A stretch of 64,000 bases of DNA from Bacillota bacterium (GCA_021784595.1 JAJYHT010000031.1:6-64005), one strand, 5' to 3'. Numbered from the stretch's first letter, positions 17,993 to 27,543 are shown. Notes: generated by a model from the sequence alone, not told the origin. Numbers and translations: made by a program.

Positions 17993-19063
17993 ATGGTTAC
18001 CGTATCAGTGGTGGCGGGGGGCGTCTATCTTTGGCCGCAGTATGTGGTAAAAGCCGAAGGGACTAATGGGGTCTGGGCGCTGTTGACAACAACAGGTCTA
18101 GCCTTGGGCGTCATGACTTTGCAGGTTCTATGGGTCAAGATGACAAAGAAAACGCCTTATGCTCTCATGGTGCGCGATACTTTGGGCGTGGTGGGATTGT
18201 GGGTGGTAATGCCTGTTACCGGACTGTTTTGTCTGATTATTGATGGCATCTTGCTCTTCTTGTTTGGCGCTATGCTTCATGTCTTTTTTTATCCAATGAC
18301 TCCTGAAATTGTCATGATTGGTACCATTGACGTGGCTGCAGTATGGATTGGCATTCGTACTCTCAGCACGGTTGCACGTAGCATCCAATTTTGGTTTCCC
18401 ATTATTATGGTGTCCCTGGCGATGATTCTTCTTTTTAGTTCCCGCGATATTCGGTTCCTCAGTTCTATAGTACCTACACCAACCTTGGTGGTACCACAAT
18501 GGCTACGGGCAAGTCTAGGAACATGGTTTTTATATGCGAATGGGGCAGTGGTGGCTAGTTTAGCGCCGCATGTTCGATGGCCTGGGCGTGCCAGACCCTT
18601 GCTCTGGACGGGTTTGGCGATTGGATTTCAAGGGAGCATTTTGTTAATTTTATTTGCCATAACGCTGGCCACCTTAGGTGCTCCTGCCGTGGCGCAATTA
18701 CAGTGGCCGATGATTTATGTGTTTTCTTTGGTTAGCGTGCGAACATTTTTTTTTAAAGGAATTGGGATGTTTGTACTGATTACTTGGGCTAGTGCCTTAG
18801 TTCTCTATCTTGCAGTACATCTCTTTTGCTTTTCCTGGAATATCCAAGCCATGGTGGATGCATCATTCAGAGCGCGAAGGTGGATTGTAGTCGCGGCAGG
18901 CGCTGTCGTATTTGGAATCGCGGTATTGATTCCTTCTAGCATTAAGGCTGAACAGCTTTTATTTGGATTAATGAATCCGGTGGACTTAAGTTGGTCATTG
19001 GGCGTGCTGATGTTGTCGGTCATGGTGGCATGGATTCGCAGACGAAGGAGTAAATCGCAATGA
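17993..19063 (+). CDS. spore germination permease, GerAB/GerKB (B-subunit) family
   Basis: ~10-TM protein of 356 aa. Blocks typical of Spore_permease: YPMTPEIVMIG, LQWPMIYVFSLVSV. The A-C-B gene order matches gerK. Confidence 0.8.
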   Translation: MVTVSVVAGGVYLWPQYVVKAEGTNGVWALLTTTGLALGVMTLQVLWVKMTKKTPYALMVRDTLGVVGLWVVMPVTGLFCLIIDGILLFLFGAMLHVFFYPMTPEIVMIGTIDVAAVWIGIRTLSTVARSIQFWFPIIMVSLAMILLFSSRDIRFLSSIVPTPTLVVPQWLRASLGTWFLYANGAVVASLAPHVRWPGRARPLLWTGLAIGFQGSILLILFAITLATLGAPAVAQLQWPMIYVFSLVSVRTFFFKGIGMFVLITWASALVLYLAVHLFCFSWNIQAMVDASFRARRWIVVAAGAVVFGIAVLIPSSIKAEQLLFGLMNPVDLSWSLGVLMLSVMVAWIRRRRSKSQ

Positions 19064-20514
19064 CGGGGAAATGGGTGGTCATCTATACAGGGGTGAACAT
19101 GGCATTGGCGGCCCTGATGGTGATTGGACTGATTCTTGCCTGGCGTTTGGTGGCCATACGTTTAGAACGTGATTTAGGGCACAATCCCAAAGGCACGCTG
19201 TGGGAATTTCTCTTCAGCCTTAGAGCCAACTCTCGAGCAGACTTGGCCTTAACCATGCAGCGGGCGGAACAGGGAAAGCCTGCCGAACATCCTCTAGGAT
19301 CGGCTCCTGATGTCATGTGGCTGGACCACATCGGATTTGATCCCGCCACGTTGCATCCGGTGCCCAAAGATCGCACCACGCCGGTGAATTTGGCGGTGCG
19401 ATTAGGGCCTAAGGCGGCAACTCCGTTGCCGTTGTCGTTGCCGATCCTGATCGCGCCAATGGGATATGGCGTGGGCTTAATCGAGGAGGCGAAGATTGCC
19501 TTGGCTCAGGCGGCCAGTTTAACGGATACCGCAATTGTTAGCGGTGAAGGACCCTTTTTGCCCGAAGAGCGTGCGTTTGCGACCAAATGGGTCTTGCAGT
19601 GGAGTCGAGCTGAATGGGCGCACCAAGAGGCGGTGGTGCAATTGGCGGACATGGTGGAAATCCAAATGGGCCAGGGATCGGAAGTGGGCATTGGCATTGT
19701 TAAAAATCCACTAACCGTGCCTGCACGGGTGGCGGATGCAGCAATGGGGCCAGTGGTTATCCATGCCATTTCACCTCAATCGGTTCCCCGTTGGATTGAA
19801 AAGATTAGGCATATCAAATCAGGTTGTCCAATTGGCATAAAACTTCCGGCCAACCAGCATTTAGAGCAAGATTTGCATCTGGTGACGCAGTGGGGAGTGG
19901 ATGTGATCACATTGGATGGTTCAGCTGCTGGCAGTGCAGGCAGTCCCGCTGTCATTTCGGATCATTTTGGGCTGGATGTGGCGCTGGCCATTCATAGGGC
20001 TCATCGATGGCTCACTCAAGCGGGCGTTCGGCAACAAGTCAGTTTGGTGGCTTCGGGCGGCATTCATGATGCCGCCGACGTGGCTAAAGTCTTGGCATTG
20101 GGGGCCGATGCAGCCGCTATCGGCTCGACCCTCTTATTTGCCTTGAGCCACGAGCAGGTGGCCGAGCATTTGCCGGGTTCGCCGCCCACGGCCGTGGTGA
20201 TGGCGCACGGACAGGCTAGCTCTCCGCCGCAGCTCAATTTGGATAAAGCCAGCGAACATGTCACGGCTTGGTTTGAGGCGACGCGAGCCGAACTGACTTT
20301 GTTGTGCCAGGCTTTGGGTGTGGACTGCATTCAAGATCTTGGTCCCCAGCATCTCGTGGCACGCACTTCTGAAGCTGCCCGTCGATTTGACATCGCCAGC
20401 GATGGAGAACCGGTAAATTGGGGACAGGTGAAAGAAAGCCTCGGTGAGTTGGTAGATCACTACGAAATAGTCAATGATATCTTAGGCCGCGTGGTGCAAA
20501 AAATTCAAACGTAG
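19060..20514 (+). CDS. membrane-anchored FMN-binding glutamate synthase family protein (GltB domain-2 / YerD-like), diverged
   Basis: ATGA overlap with the gerB stop. N-terminal TM helix. The GltS FMN-barrel skeleton is visible (APMGYGVG..SGEGP..MGQGSEVGIG..IGIKLPA..LDGSAAGSAGSP..ASGGIHDAADVAKVLALGAD), but several consensus residues are substituted. Confidence 0.8.
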   Translation: MTGKWVVIYTGVNMALAALMVIGLILAWRLVAIRLERDLGHNPKGTLWEFLFSLRANSRADLALTMQRAEQGKPAEHPLGSAPDVMWLDHIGFDPATLHPVPKDRTTPVNLAVRLGPKAATPLPLSLPILIAPMGYGVGLIEEAKIALAQAASLTDTAIVSGEGPFLPEERAFATKWVLQWSRAEWAHQEAVVQLADMVEIQMGQGSEVGIGIVKNPLTVPARVADAAMGPVVIHAISPQSVPRWIEKIRHIKSGCPIGIKLPANQHLEQDLHLVTQWGVDVITLDGSAAGSAGSPAVISDHFGLDVALAIHRAHRWLTQAGVRQQVSLVASGGIHDAADVAKVLALGADAAAIGSTLLFALSHEQVAEHLPGSPPTAVVMAHGQASSPPQLNLDKASEHVTAWFEATRAELTLLCQALGVDCIQDLGPQHLVARTSEAARRFDIASDGEPVNWGQVKESLGELVDHYEIVNDILGRVVQKIQT

Positions 20515-20515
20515 T

Positions 20516-20542
20516 GTCCCCCGGACTGTGAGGCCGGGGGAC
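20516..20542. terminator. hairpin between convergent genes (possible bidirectional terminator)
   Basis: gtcccccgg-actgtgagg-ccgggggac: a perfect 9-bp GC-rich stem. The flanking U/A tracts are weak. Confidence 0.5.
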
Positions 20543-20547
20543 GTATG

Positions 20548-21813
20548 TTAAAGTTTTTCTGCCACGAATTCCGCCAATGGCATTCCCCAGTTGGGAACTT
20601 TCCCGCGAGTGCGAAAAAACAGATCTTTATACTGGTTTTTAAGCAAATAGGGGAGGTTTCCGGTCTTGAGAACTTGTTTCTTTCCTCCGTACCAAGCATC
20701 CGAGTTGATGTAAAACGCTTGATGATGACCCATGTCACCAATGCAGTTGACGCTGGGCTTAAAGGGCAGCGCCCCTTCATCTTTGGATAGTTGGCCCACG
20801 TCCATGGCAATCTGACGGGCCACGACAGCCGCTTGAAGATGGGCAATCCATCCCAGCTTGGGGACTGCCAAAGCCGAGGCATCACCAGCCGACAGAACAT
20901 TCGGATATTTGGGATTGCGCATATTGCGGTCGGTCACGATGAAGCCTTGGTCGTCACTAATAGGCAAACCTTTCAAAAATTGATGAGGAACCCAGTCCGG
21001 GAAGATAATCTTGAGCTCTGCTTCCACGCTGGAGCCATTTTCAAACTCGACGCCCTCTGCGGTCAGGCGTTTGATGTCATGAGTGCGGTTCATGTAGTGA
21101 TAGCCCTTTTTGCTGGCTAAGCTCAGCAACTGGTCAACCACCTCGGCGCCAACGTCCTCAGCAATCATTTCGGCGGGGGTGAAAATAGTGACTTGCTCGG
21201 GACCTTGATATCCGTGCTCTTTGAGCCAACTTCCCATTGACATCCCCATTTCGACCGGCGGTCCCTCGCACGCCGCTTCGGCGGTGGGTACGATGTCAGT
21301 AGTTTGGGTGCCTTGGTGAAACCGGGCCGAGCCGACGGCCACGGGACCGCCTTTATAGTCGTGGAACAGAAAATGGCGCAGACGATTGCCGTAATAGGTG
21401 TCAGTCACGGTGTGACCAAACTCGGCAAAACCCTCTATCTGGTCAAAGGCTAAACGGTTTCCCAACGCGACCACCAGATAGTCATAGTGAATCGAGGTAG
21501 GGGCCGCTCCCGGTCTTTCATTGGGCAGATAATCGACTCGCTGGCTTTCGATGTCGACGGCCTGGACTTGGCCCAAGATGAAGTCGGTTTTGTCCTCATC
21601 CAAGACACCGGCCAGACTCATGTGCAACGATGCTGCCGGATCCCGATTACTTAACGCTTCCAGCCCAATATTGGGCACAAACAAAAGATACGATTTTTGG
21701 TCGATTACACTGATTCGAACAGCATCCCCGGCTAGGGCATGCAATTGCTGAGCAACCTCCAAGCCAGCAAAATTTCCGCCCAATATCACGACATGCGGGG
21801 CTTTTGGCTTCAT
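20548..21813 (-). CDS. sqr: sulfide:quinone oxidoreductase-like FAD-dependent oxidoreductase
   Basis: N-terminal VVILGGNFAGLE dinucleotide fold. Cysteines in AACEGPPVE and SVNCIGDMG sit where SQR redox cysteines are expected. AAGGAG RBS before ATG 21813. Confidence 0.85.
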   Translation of the reverse strand: MKPKAPHVVILGGNFAGLEVAQQLHALAGDAVRISVIDQKSYLLFVPNIGLEALSNRDPAASLHMSLAGVLDEDKTDFILGQVQAVDIESQRVDYLPNERPGAAPTSIHYDYLVVALGNRLAFDQIEGFAEFGHTVTDTYYGNRLRHFLFHDYKGGPVAVGSARFHQGTQTTDIVPTAEAACEGPPVEMGMSMGSWLKEHGYQGPEQVTIFTPAEMIAEDVGAEVVDQLLSLASKKGYHYMNRTHDIKRLTAEGVEFENGSSVEAELKIIFPDWVPHQFLKGLPISDDQGFIVTDRNMRNPKYPNVLSAGDASALAVPKLGWIAHLQAAVVARQIAMDVGQLSKDEGALPFKPSVNCIGDMGHHQAFYINSDAWYGGKKQVLKTGNLPYLLKNQYKDLFFRTRGKVPNWGMPLAEFVAEKL

Positions 21814-22021
21814 TGCATCCACTCCTTTACAGTCAAGCAAGGTCTACGCCCAAATCAGACCTATTATGACCACAATACATGAATTTTATGGATCTTGTAA
21901 GTAGCGGTAAGAACTAGCTCCTAATGGGGAGTTGTTACAATAACTACGTGATGTAGGGTATGTCTTATCCATATACCGGAAACACTATGCGACAAGATAT
22001 CACCAATCGGGAGGCACCCCT

Positions 22022-23416
22022 ATGACGGATGTGGGTTTAGCACGGTTACAGTTTGGTGTTACGACCATTTACCATTTTCTTATTGTTCCTCTAACTATTG
22101 GCACCGCATTGCAACTCGCGATACTAGAAACGCTGTACTGGAAGAATCCGACGCCCAAGAAGCGGGCCTTGCTTGACTTTTTTGGACGTCTGTTTTTAAT
22201 TAACTTTGCGCTCGGCGTGGTCACCGGTATTTTGCAAGAATTCCAATTCGGAATGAACTGGTCCAACTACTCGCGGTTTGTGGGTGATGTGTTTGGCGCT
22301 CCGCTTGCCGTAGAAGCCTTGGCTGCTTTCTTTTTGGAATCGACTTTCATTGCAGTGTGGATTTTTGGATGGGATTGGGTATCTCCTCGGATTCATGTCT
22401 GGTCAATGTGGCTCGTGGCGGTTGGCACCAGCCTTTCGGCATTTTGGATTCTGACCGCCAATTCTTTTATGCAAGAACCCGTTGGCTATATCTTGCGGCA
22501 TGGCCATGCCGAAATGAATAACTTTTTTGGACTGCTGGCCAATCCCCAACTGTGGGTCGAGTTTCCCCATACCGAAGTGGCGGCCTTGGCCACCGGCGCA
22601 TTTTTTGTGGCTGGGATTAGCGCCGTATTTTTACGAAAGGGCGAACACGTGGAAGAATTCCGGTTATCCTTTCGGGTCGCGATTTTAACGGCAGCGGTGA
22701 CCAGCATTTTGGTGGTCATCATAGGGCATGAACAGGCCCAGCACTTGATTGTGGCGCAACCTATGAAGATGGCGGCGTCTGAGGCTCTATACCAAACCAG
22801 TGCGCTTCATGCGCCGTGGACTTTGGTGGCCTGGGTTGATCCAGTGCGTCAAGTGAACCACTGGGTGATTGCAATTCCGTACATGCTGTCTATTCTTGCC
22901 TACAACAGTTTATCGGGGCGGGTCTTAGGAATAAATGCCCTGCAGCGGCTATACGTGCATCGTTATGGTCCGGGATGGTACGTACCGCCGGTGGTGTCAA
23001 CGTTTTGGACGTTTCGCATCATGATCCTGATTGGGTTTGTTATGGCCGGTTTGGCCCTATGGGCGATATGGCTTGAGAACCGCGGGGTTCTTTTGAACTC
23101 GCCCCGTTTTCTTAGAGTCATGACCTGGGCTATTGGGTTGCCATTGCTGGGCAATATTATGGGATGGATTATGACGGAAGTCGGACGACAGCCCTGGATA
23201 GTGTTTGGATTGATGAAAACCGTGCGCGGGGTTTCTCCTACCGTTCCTATGGCTGACGTGTGGATTACGCTCATCGGCTTTGGCGGTTTGTATGGCATTT
23301 TAGGCTATATTGACGTCAAATTGTTGGTGAAATATGTACGGCTTGGTCCCCAGGCAGAGGAACCCGAAGTCACGTCACCCCCGATGTTTCATATCACTAA
23401 TCCCACGGATTCCTAG
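22022..23416 (+). CDS. cydA: cytochrome bd ubiquinol oxidase subunit I (second copy)
   Basis: 464 aa, collinear with the copy at 10111-11505. Identical blocks include LARLQFGVTT, GILQEFQFG and FWILTANSFMQEPVGY. Confidence 0.95.
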   Translation: MTDVGLARLQFGVTTIYHFLIVPLTIGTALQLAILETLYWKNPTPKKRALLDFFGRLFLINFALGVVTGILQEFQFGMNWSNYSRFVGDVFGAPLAVEALAAFFLESTFIAVWIFGWDWVSPRIHVWSMWLVAVGTSLSAFWILTANSFMQEPVGYILRHGHAEMNNFFGLLANPQLWVEFPHTEVAALATGAFFVAGISAVFLRKGEHVEEFRLSFRVAILTAAVTSILVVIIGHEQAQHLIVAQPMKMAASEALYQTSALHAPWTLVAWVDPVRQVNHWVIAIPYMLSILAYNSLSGRVLGINALQRLYVHRYGPGWYVPPVVSTFWTFRIMILIGFVMAGLALWAIWLENRGVLLNSPRFLRVMTWAIGLPLLGNIMGWIMTEVGRQPWIVFGLMKTVRGVSPTVPMADVWITLIGFGGLYGILGYIDVKLLVKYVRLGPQAEEPEVTSPPMFHITNPTDS

Positions 23417-23464
23417 TCGACTGATCGTATAGAGACCGAGAAAATTAAAAGGAGGCATGAGTGA

Positions 23465-24478
23465 ATGCACTTGCCCAGCGTATGGTTTGGATTGATTGCG
23501 GTGTTGTTCGTAGGGTATCTCTTTTTGGAGGGATTCGATTACGGAGTGGGCATTTTGGTGCCGTTTTTAGGGCATACCGACCAAGAGCGGCGTGCCTTGG
23601 TGGCGACCATCGGACCGGTATGGGATGCCAATGAAGTTTGGCTGATTACTGCCGGGGGCGCTATATTCGCGGCCTTTCCTAATTGGTACGCTACCTTGTT
23701 CAGCGGTTTTTATTTGGTGCTGGCGCTGCTCTTGGCAGCCTTAATTATTCGTGGAGTGGCTTTGGAATATCGCTCCAAGGATGATCGACCCAAATGGAGG
23801 GGACGCTGGGATGCTCTGTTGGTGTTTGGAAGCGCCACTCCTGCTTTTGTGTGGGGAGCGGCCATGGGCAATATGTTGCATGGAGTCCCCATCAATGCCC
23901 AGATGAATTATGTGGGAGGGTTCTTCAACTTGCTCAATCCCTATGCCGTGGTTGGGGGGATTGCCTCGCTCCTTCTGTTTACCCTGCATGGGGCGCTGTT
24001 TTTGTCACTGAAGGCGCCACACACCTTGGCTAAACGTGCTGATGAGGCAGCCTTTAAAATTGGCGGCCTGACGACGGTGTTTTATTTTGGATTTGTGGTG
24101 TTGAGCTATTACTTGGCCAACTTGCGGGTGCGGCTCGGTGTGGACCCTGGTCCCATCCCCGTATTGGCGGGGTTTTGCATGATTGCCATTCGTTTTGTGT
24201 TAAAACGCGGACTTCGCGGCTGGGCATTTGCGCTGACCGGCTCCACTATCGTGCTGTCTACTATCAGTGTGTTTTTAACGCTGTATCCCCGGCTTATGAT
24301 CTCGACTTTGAATCCACACTACAGCCTGACCATTTACAACGCGTCGTCCAACCCTTACAGCCTGAAAGTGATGACCATTGTAGCACTCTCGGTATTGCCG
24401 ATAGTGCTTGCCTATCAGATTTGGAGCTATTGGGTGTTTCGTAAGCGAGTCAGTCTGGAGGATACTTTTCACTATTAA
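23465..24478 (+). CDS. cydB: cytochrome bd ubiquinol oxidase subunit II (second copy)
   Basis: LEGFDYGVGILVPFLG, GPVWDANEVWLITAGGAIFAAFP. AAAGGAGG RBS. Confidence 0.92.
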   Translation: MHLPSVWFGLIAVLFVGYLFLEGFDYGVGILVPFLGHTDQERRALVATIGPVWDANEVWLITAGGAIFAAFPNWYATLFSGFYLVLALLLAALIIRGVALEYRSKDDRPKWRGRWDALLVFGSATPAFVWGAAMGNMLHGVPINAQMNYVGGFFNLLNPYAVVGGIASLLLFTLHGALFLSLKAPHTLAKRADEAAFKIGGLTTVFYFGFVVLSYYLANLRVRLGVDPGPIPVLAGFCMIAIRFVLKRGLRGWAFALTGSTIVLSTISVFLTLYPRLMISTLNPHYSLTIYNASSNPYSLKVMTIVALSVLPIVLAYQIWSYWVFRKRVSLEDTFHY

Positions 24479-24515
24479 AAGGATCAACTAAAAGGACTAG
24501 TGGTCAGGAGCGCCC

Positions 24516-24941
24516 CTACATCTTAACCCCTTGTGGAAGGATGTCAATCGCTTTGGATAGGGCGAGCCCTGCCGCGCCAATCGCCACTGATCGTAGCGAG
24601 GACAGTCGAATGGGAATGTCTTTGTTCATCCACATGGCCCGGTGACGCAAAACCCGATGAATTTCTGGAAGGGTAATGTGAGAGGCTTCCGAAATAGTCC
24701 CGCCGAGATATACGGTGTTAGGATTCAAGGTATTTACCAGATTAGACAATCCGATGCCTAGCGACTCTCCTAGCGATCGTAAGGCAGCCAGATAGGTTTT
24801 TTCTCCGGACCCAGCCCGCTTGACACAGGTCATCACAAAGTCCGGCAAGAATGGTTGGGCAATGATCTCGCCCTGCTCGCTTAAGTAGCGAGCCAAGGCT
24901 TGCTCTGATGCATAAAGCATTTGGATTAAAACATCTTCCAC
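24516..24941 (-). pseudogene. ROK-family regulator/kinase, C-terminal fragment only
   Basis: The 141 aa match only the C-terminal third of ROK proteins (LYASEQAL...LGIGLSNLVNTLNPNTVYLGGTI). There is no N-terminal domain and the fragment abuts a truncated permease. Confidence 0.6.
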
Positions 24942-25426
24942 AGTGGTTTCTAAGCACCCGATTTCTGCCTGCCTGGCATTTGGGGCCGATACAGATCGGG
25001 ATTCCGGTAGCGCTGTTGGCGGTCGTAATCGCTGCCGTGTGGCAGATGTCTGGGTTTGCCATGGCGGTGTATTTAGCCGGACTCCGAGCTATTCCTGAGG
25101 AATTAAAGGAGGCGGCGCGCATTGATGGAGCCGGTCCGTGGCGCGCCTTTTGGTCGGTAATTTTTCCTCAGTTGAAAGGAACCACGGCGACCATCGTGAT
25201 TATTCAAGCGGCAGCATCCATGAAGGTTTTTGGTTTGATTTATGCGATGACTGGACCCGGACAAGACTTTGTGACGGATATGCCCAGCTTGAACATGTTC
25301 CAAACGACCTTTCAAGGCAACGAGTTTGCTCAGGGAGCGGCTATCGCCATCATTTTACTGTTGATCATGGCTGCTTTTACCATTCCCTATTTGATTTCCA
25401 TGGTCAGACAAAGGGGTGACGCATGA
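24908..25426 (+). pseudogene. carbohydrate ABC transporter permease (MalF/UgpA-like), N-terminally truncated
   Basis: Only the C-terminal ~150 aa are present, including the EAA loop (AGLRAIPEELKEAARIDGAGPWRAFWSVIFP). No upstream TM1-3, SBP gene or promoter. Confidence 0.6.
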
Positions 25427-26250
25427 TGATGGCGCTGAGGAGGTTTAATCGAGGTCTCATCTATGTGGTACTGACCCTCGCGGCCTTACTTTATCTCCTG
25501 CCCATATACGTGGTAGTAGTGACCAGTCTAAAGACCAATGCCACTATTAGCCTGCAGCATATGTGGAACTTTCCACTCCATCCTAGTTTTGCCAGTTTGG
25601 CGGCGGCCTGGTCGCAGCTCGCGCCCAACTTTGGAAACAGCTTTTATCTTGCCATTCCAGCTACCCTATTCTCATCGATTTTAGGTGCATTGAATGGCTA
25701 TGTGCTCTCAAAATGGCGGTTCAAAGGGTCCAACATCATCTTCTTTTTAATTTTGTTTGGCCTCTTTATTCCTTACCAGAGTGTTCTAATTCCATTGCTA
25801 AGGATCATGGATACGATCGGGTTATATAACTCGATCCCCGGACTTATTCTGGTGCATACCATTTATGGAATTCCCATTACGACCCTAATTTTCCGGAACT
25901 TTTACGCCTCTATCCCGGACGAAATGCTGGAAGCCGCGAAAATTGACGGGACAGGATATTGGGGAATTTTTCGCTACATGGTGTTGCCGTTGTCAGTCTC
26001 TGGATTTGTGGTGGCTGGCATATGGCAGTTTACCCAGGTGTGGAACAACTTTCTATTTGCGGTCACTCTCACTAATCCCCCAAATCAGCCTGTGACTGTG
26101 GCCTTGGTCAATATTGCCGGCAGCCAGACCATCCAGTGGAATGTTCAGATGGCCAGTGCACTGTTGGCGTCTTTGCCGACGTTGCTGGTCTACATCATTC
26201 TAGGCAAATACTTTGTCCGTGGCTTGCTGGCGGGGTCAGTAAAGGGGTAG
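25423..26250 (+). CDS. carbohydrate ABC transporter permease (MalG/UgpE-like)
   Basis: 275 aa with 6 TM helices. EAA loop FYASIPDEMLEAAKIDGTGYWGIFRYMVLP. ATGA-type overlap with the upstream fragment. Confidence 0.9.
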   Translation: MMMALRRFNRGLIYVVLTLAALLYLLPIYVVVVTSLKTNATISLQHMWNFPLHPSFASLAAAWSQLAPNFGNSFYLAIPATLFSSILGALNGYVLSKWRFKGSNIIFFLILFGLFIPYQSVLIPLLRIMDTIGLYNSIPGLILVHTIYGIPITTLIFRNFYASIPDEMLEAAKIDGTGYWGIFRYMVLPLSVSGFVVAGIWQFTQVWNNFLFAVTLTNPPNQPVTVALVNIAGSQTIQWNVQMASALLASLPTLLVYIILGKYFVRGLLAGSVKG

Positions 26251-26419
26251 CTGGGAGCGGGGATGAAAATCCTGGTCGGCAGATTGGACTGTCCCAGACT
26301 GAGGAATCGAGAAAAAACCTATGCTAACACGGCGGAGGTCAAGATTTCACCTTCGAGCTGCGCAATCCGGGACAGTGTCTGCCATGAACAAAGGCGCAAA
26401 TATAGGCTGAACAATAAAA

Positions 26420-26450
26420 GAGCTTTAGCTTCTCTAAAGCTCGTTCTTCC
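26420..26450 (+). terminator. rho-independent terminator candidate
   Basis: gagctttag-cttct-ctaaagctc: a perfect 9-bp stem followed by gttcttcccttc, with an A-tract upstream. It lies 170 nt after the permease stop. Confidence 0.5.
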
Positions 26451-26784
26451 CTTCATAGGACAAAACGGCATCAAAATTGGGGATTTGCCTTTTAGACTTT
26501 ATACAAAGAGGACAAGTCACCGGGGCAATGTGAAGCGAGTGTGTGGGTTTGCACCCGGGCGCTTAGCTGCTCAATCCGAACCATGGCACGAAGAGAACCC
26601 AACATTAGCGCCAGAACCGTTGGTCCATCACAATTCTCTAGTAAATGAAATGCTTAACCGAACTCATTATCCTGTCTCCTGCTGGATTCCATCCAGTAAT
26701 ACTAGGAGTACAAAATTCTACATAAGTGTTTTGCTGAGGTAGAAGGAATTCCTTAAACGATGAGCGAATATACAGATAAAGCTT

Positions 26785-27462
26785 ATGGAGGTGAAAAATG
26801 AGATGATCCAAGCTGTGAATACAACCGGTTGGGCTTCGCGTGATTTCTTGTTCGCGGCCGCGATACACGAAGCGTGCAATTCTCTAGCCGTTATTAGTGG
26901 ATATAATGAATTGTTCAACCCAGAGAATATAGAAACCTTAAGGCCGTTGCTCGATGATGAAATCGACCGCATTCGGGATATTTTAATGCTTTGCGCAGGA
27001 GGATTTCGAACAGATCGGATGGGTCCCGTTAGTCTCCAGTCGGTGATTGCTACCGTGGTGCAGCATTTGAGGCCGCTATGCGAAGCCAAAGGTATTTGCC
27101 TTTTAGCCGAAGGCCCAGATGCCATCGTTCAAGCCCATCAGTCAGGGCTGGAACAAATCGTGAAAAACCTGGTGGGCAATGCGCTTCGCGAAGTGGGCGC
27201 CGGTGATGCGATTAGTGTGCATACGACGTTAGGTGGTGCCGATGCGAGTATGCGGGTGCACAATACGGGCAGCGCCATCTCGCGCGACCGGCTTGGAGGA
27301 ATTTTTGAGCCGGGATTTACGACGACGCCATTTTCCCACGGTTTGGGCTTAGCCTGGGTAAGATATTTGGTGGAATCGTATGGCGGGACGATTAGTGCGG
27401 CGTCGGATTGCACCGGGACGGAATTTGTGGTCCACCTTCCTGGCGGGACCTCATTGCAATGA
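26785..27462 (+). CDS. small cytoplasmic orphan histidine kinase (HisKA + HATPase_c only)
   Basis: H-box AAAIHEACNSLAVISGY, N-box VKNLVGNALRE, G-boxes VHNTGSAI and HGLGLA. No TM or sensor domain and no adjacent response regulator. Confidence 0.75.
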   Translation: MEVKNEMIQAVNTTGWASRDFLFAAAIHEACNSLAVISGYNELFNPENIETLRPLLDDEIDRIRDILMLCAGGFRTDRMGPVSLQSVIATVVQHLRPLCEAKGICLLAEGPDAIVQAHQSGLEQIVKNLVGNALREVGAGDAISVHTTLGGADASMRVHNTGSAISRDRLGGIFEPGFTTTPFSHGLGLAWVRYLVESYGGTISAASDCTGTEFVVHLPGGTSLQ

Positions 27463-27543
27463 TCCATGGCGGATAAACGCTTGTATCAACCCCCAATGTC
27501 TTGGGTGGCTCTTGTATATTTATTTGGTCGGTGTTCGGGGTGT

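Noticed and set aside
26263-26742. 159-aa ORF in the gap between the sugar permease and the orphan kinase
   Set aside because: It has no RBS and an odd Arg/Ser/Cys-rich composition. A good terminator hairpin (26420-26450) sits in its middle, and the region is AT-rich. It most likely is non-coding.
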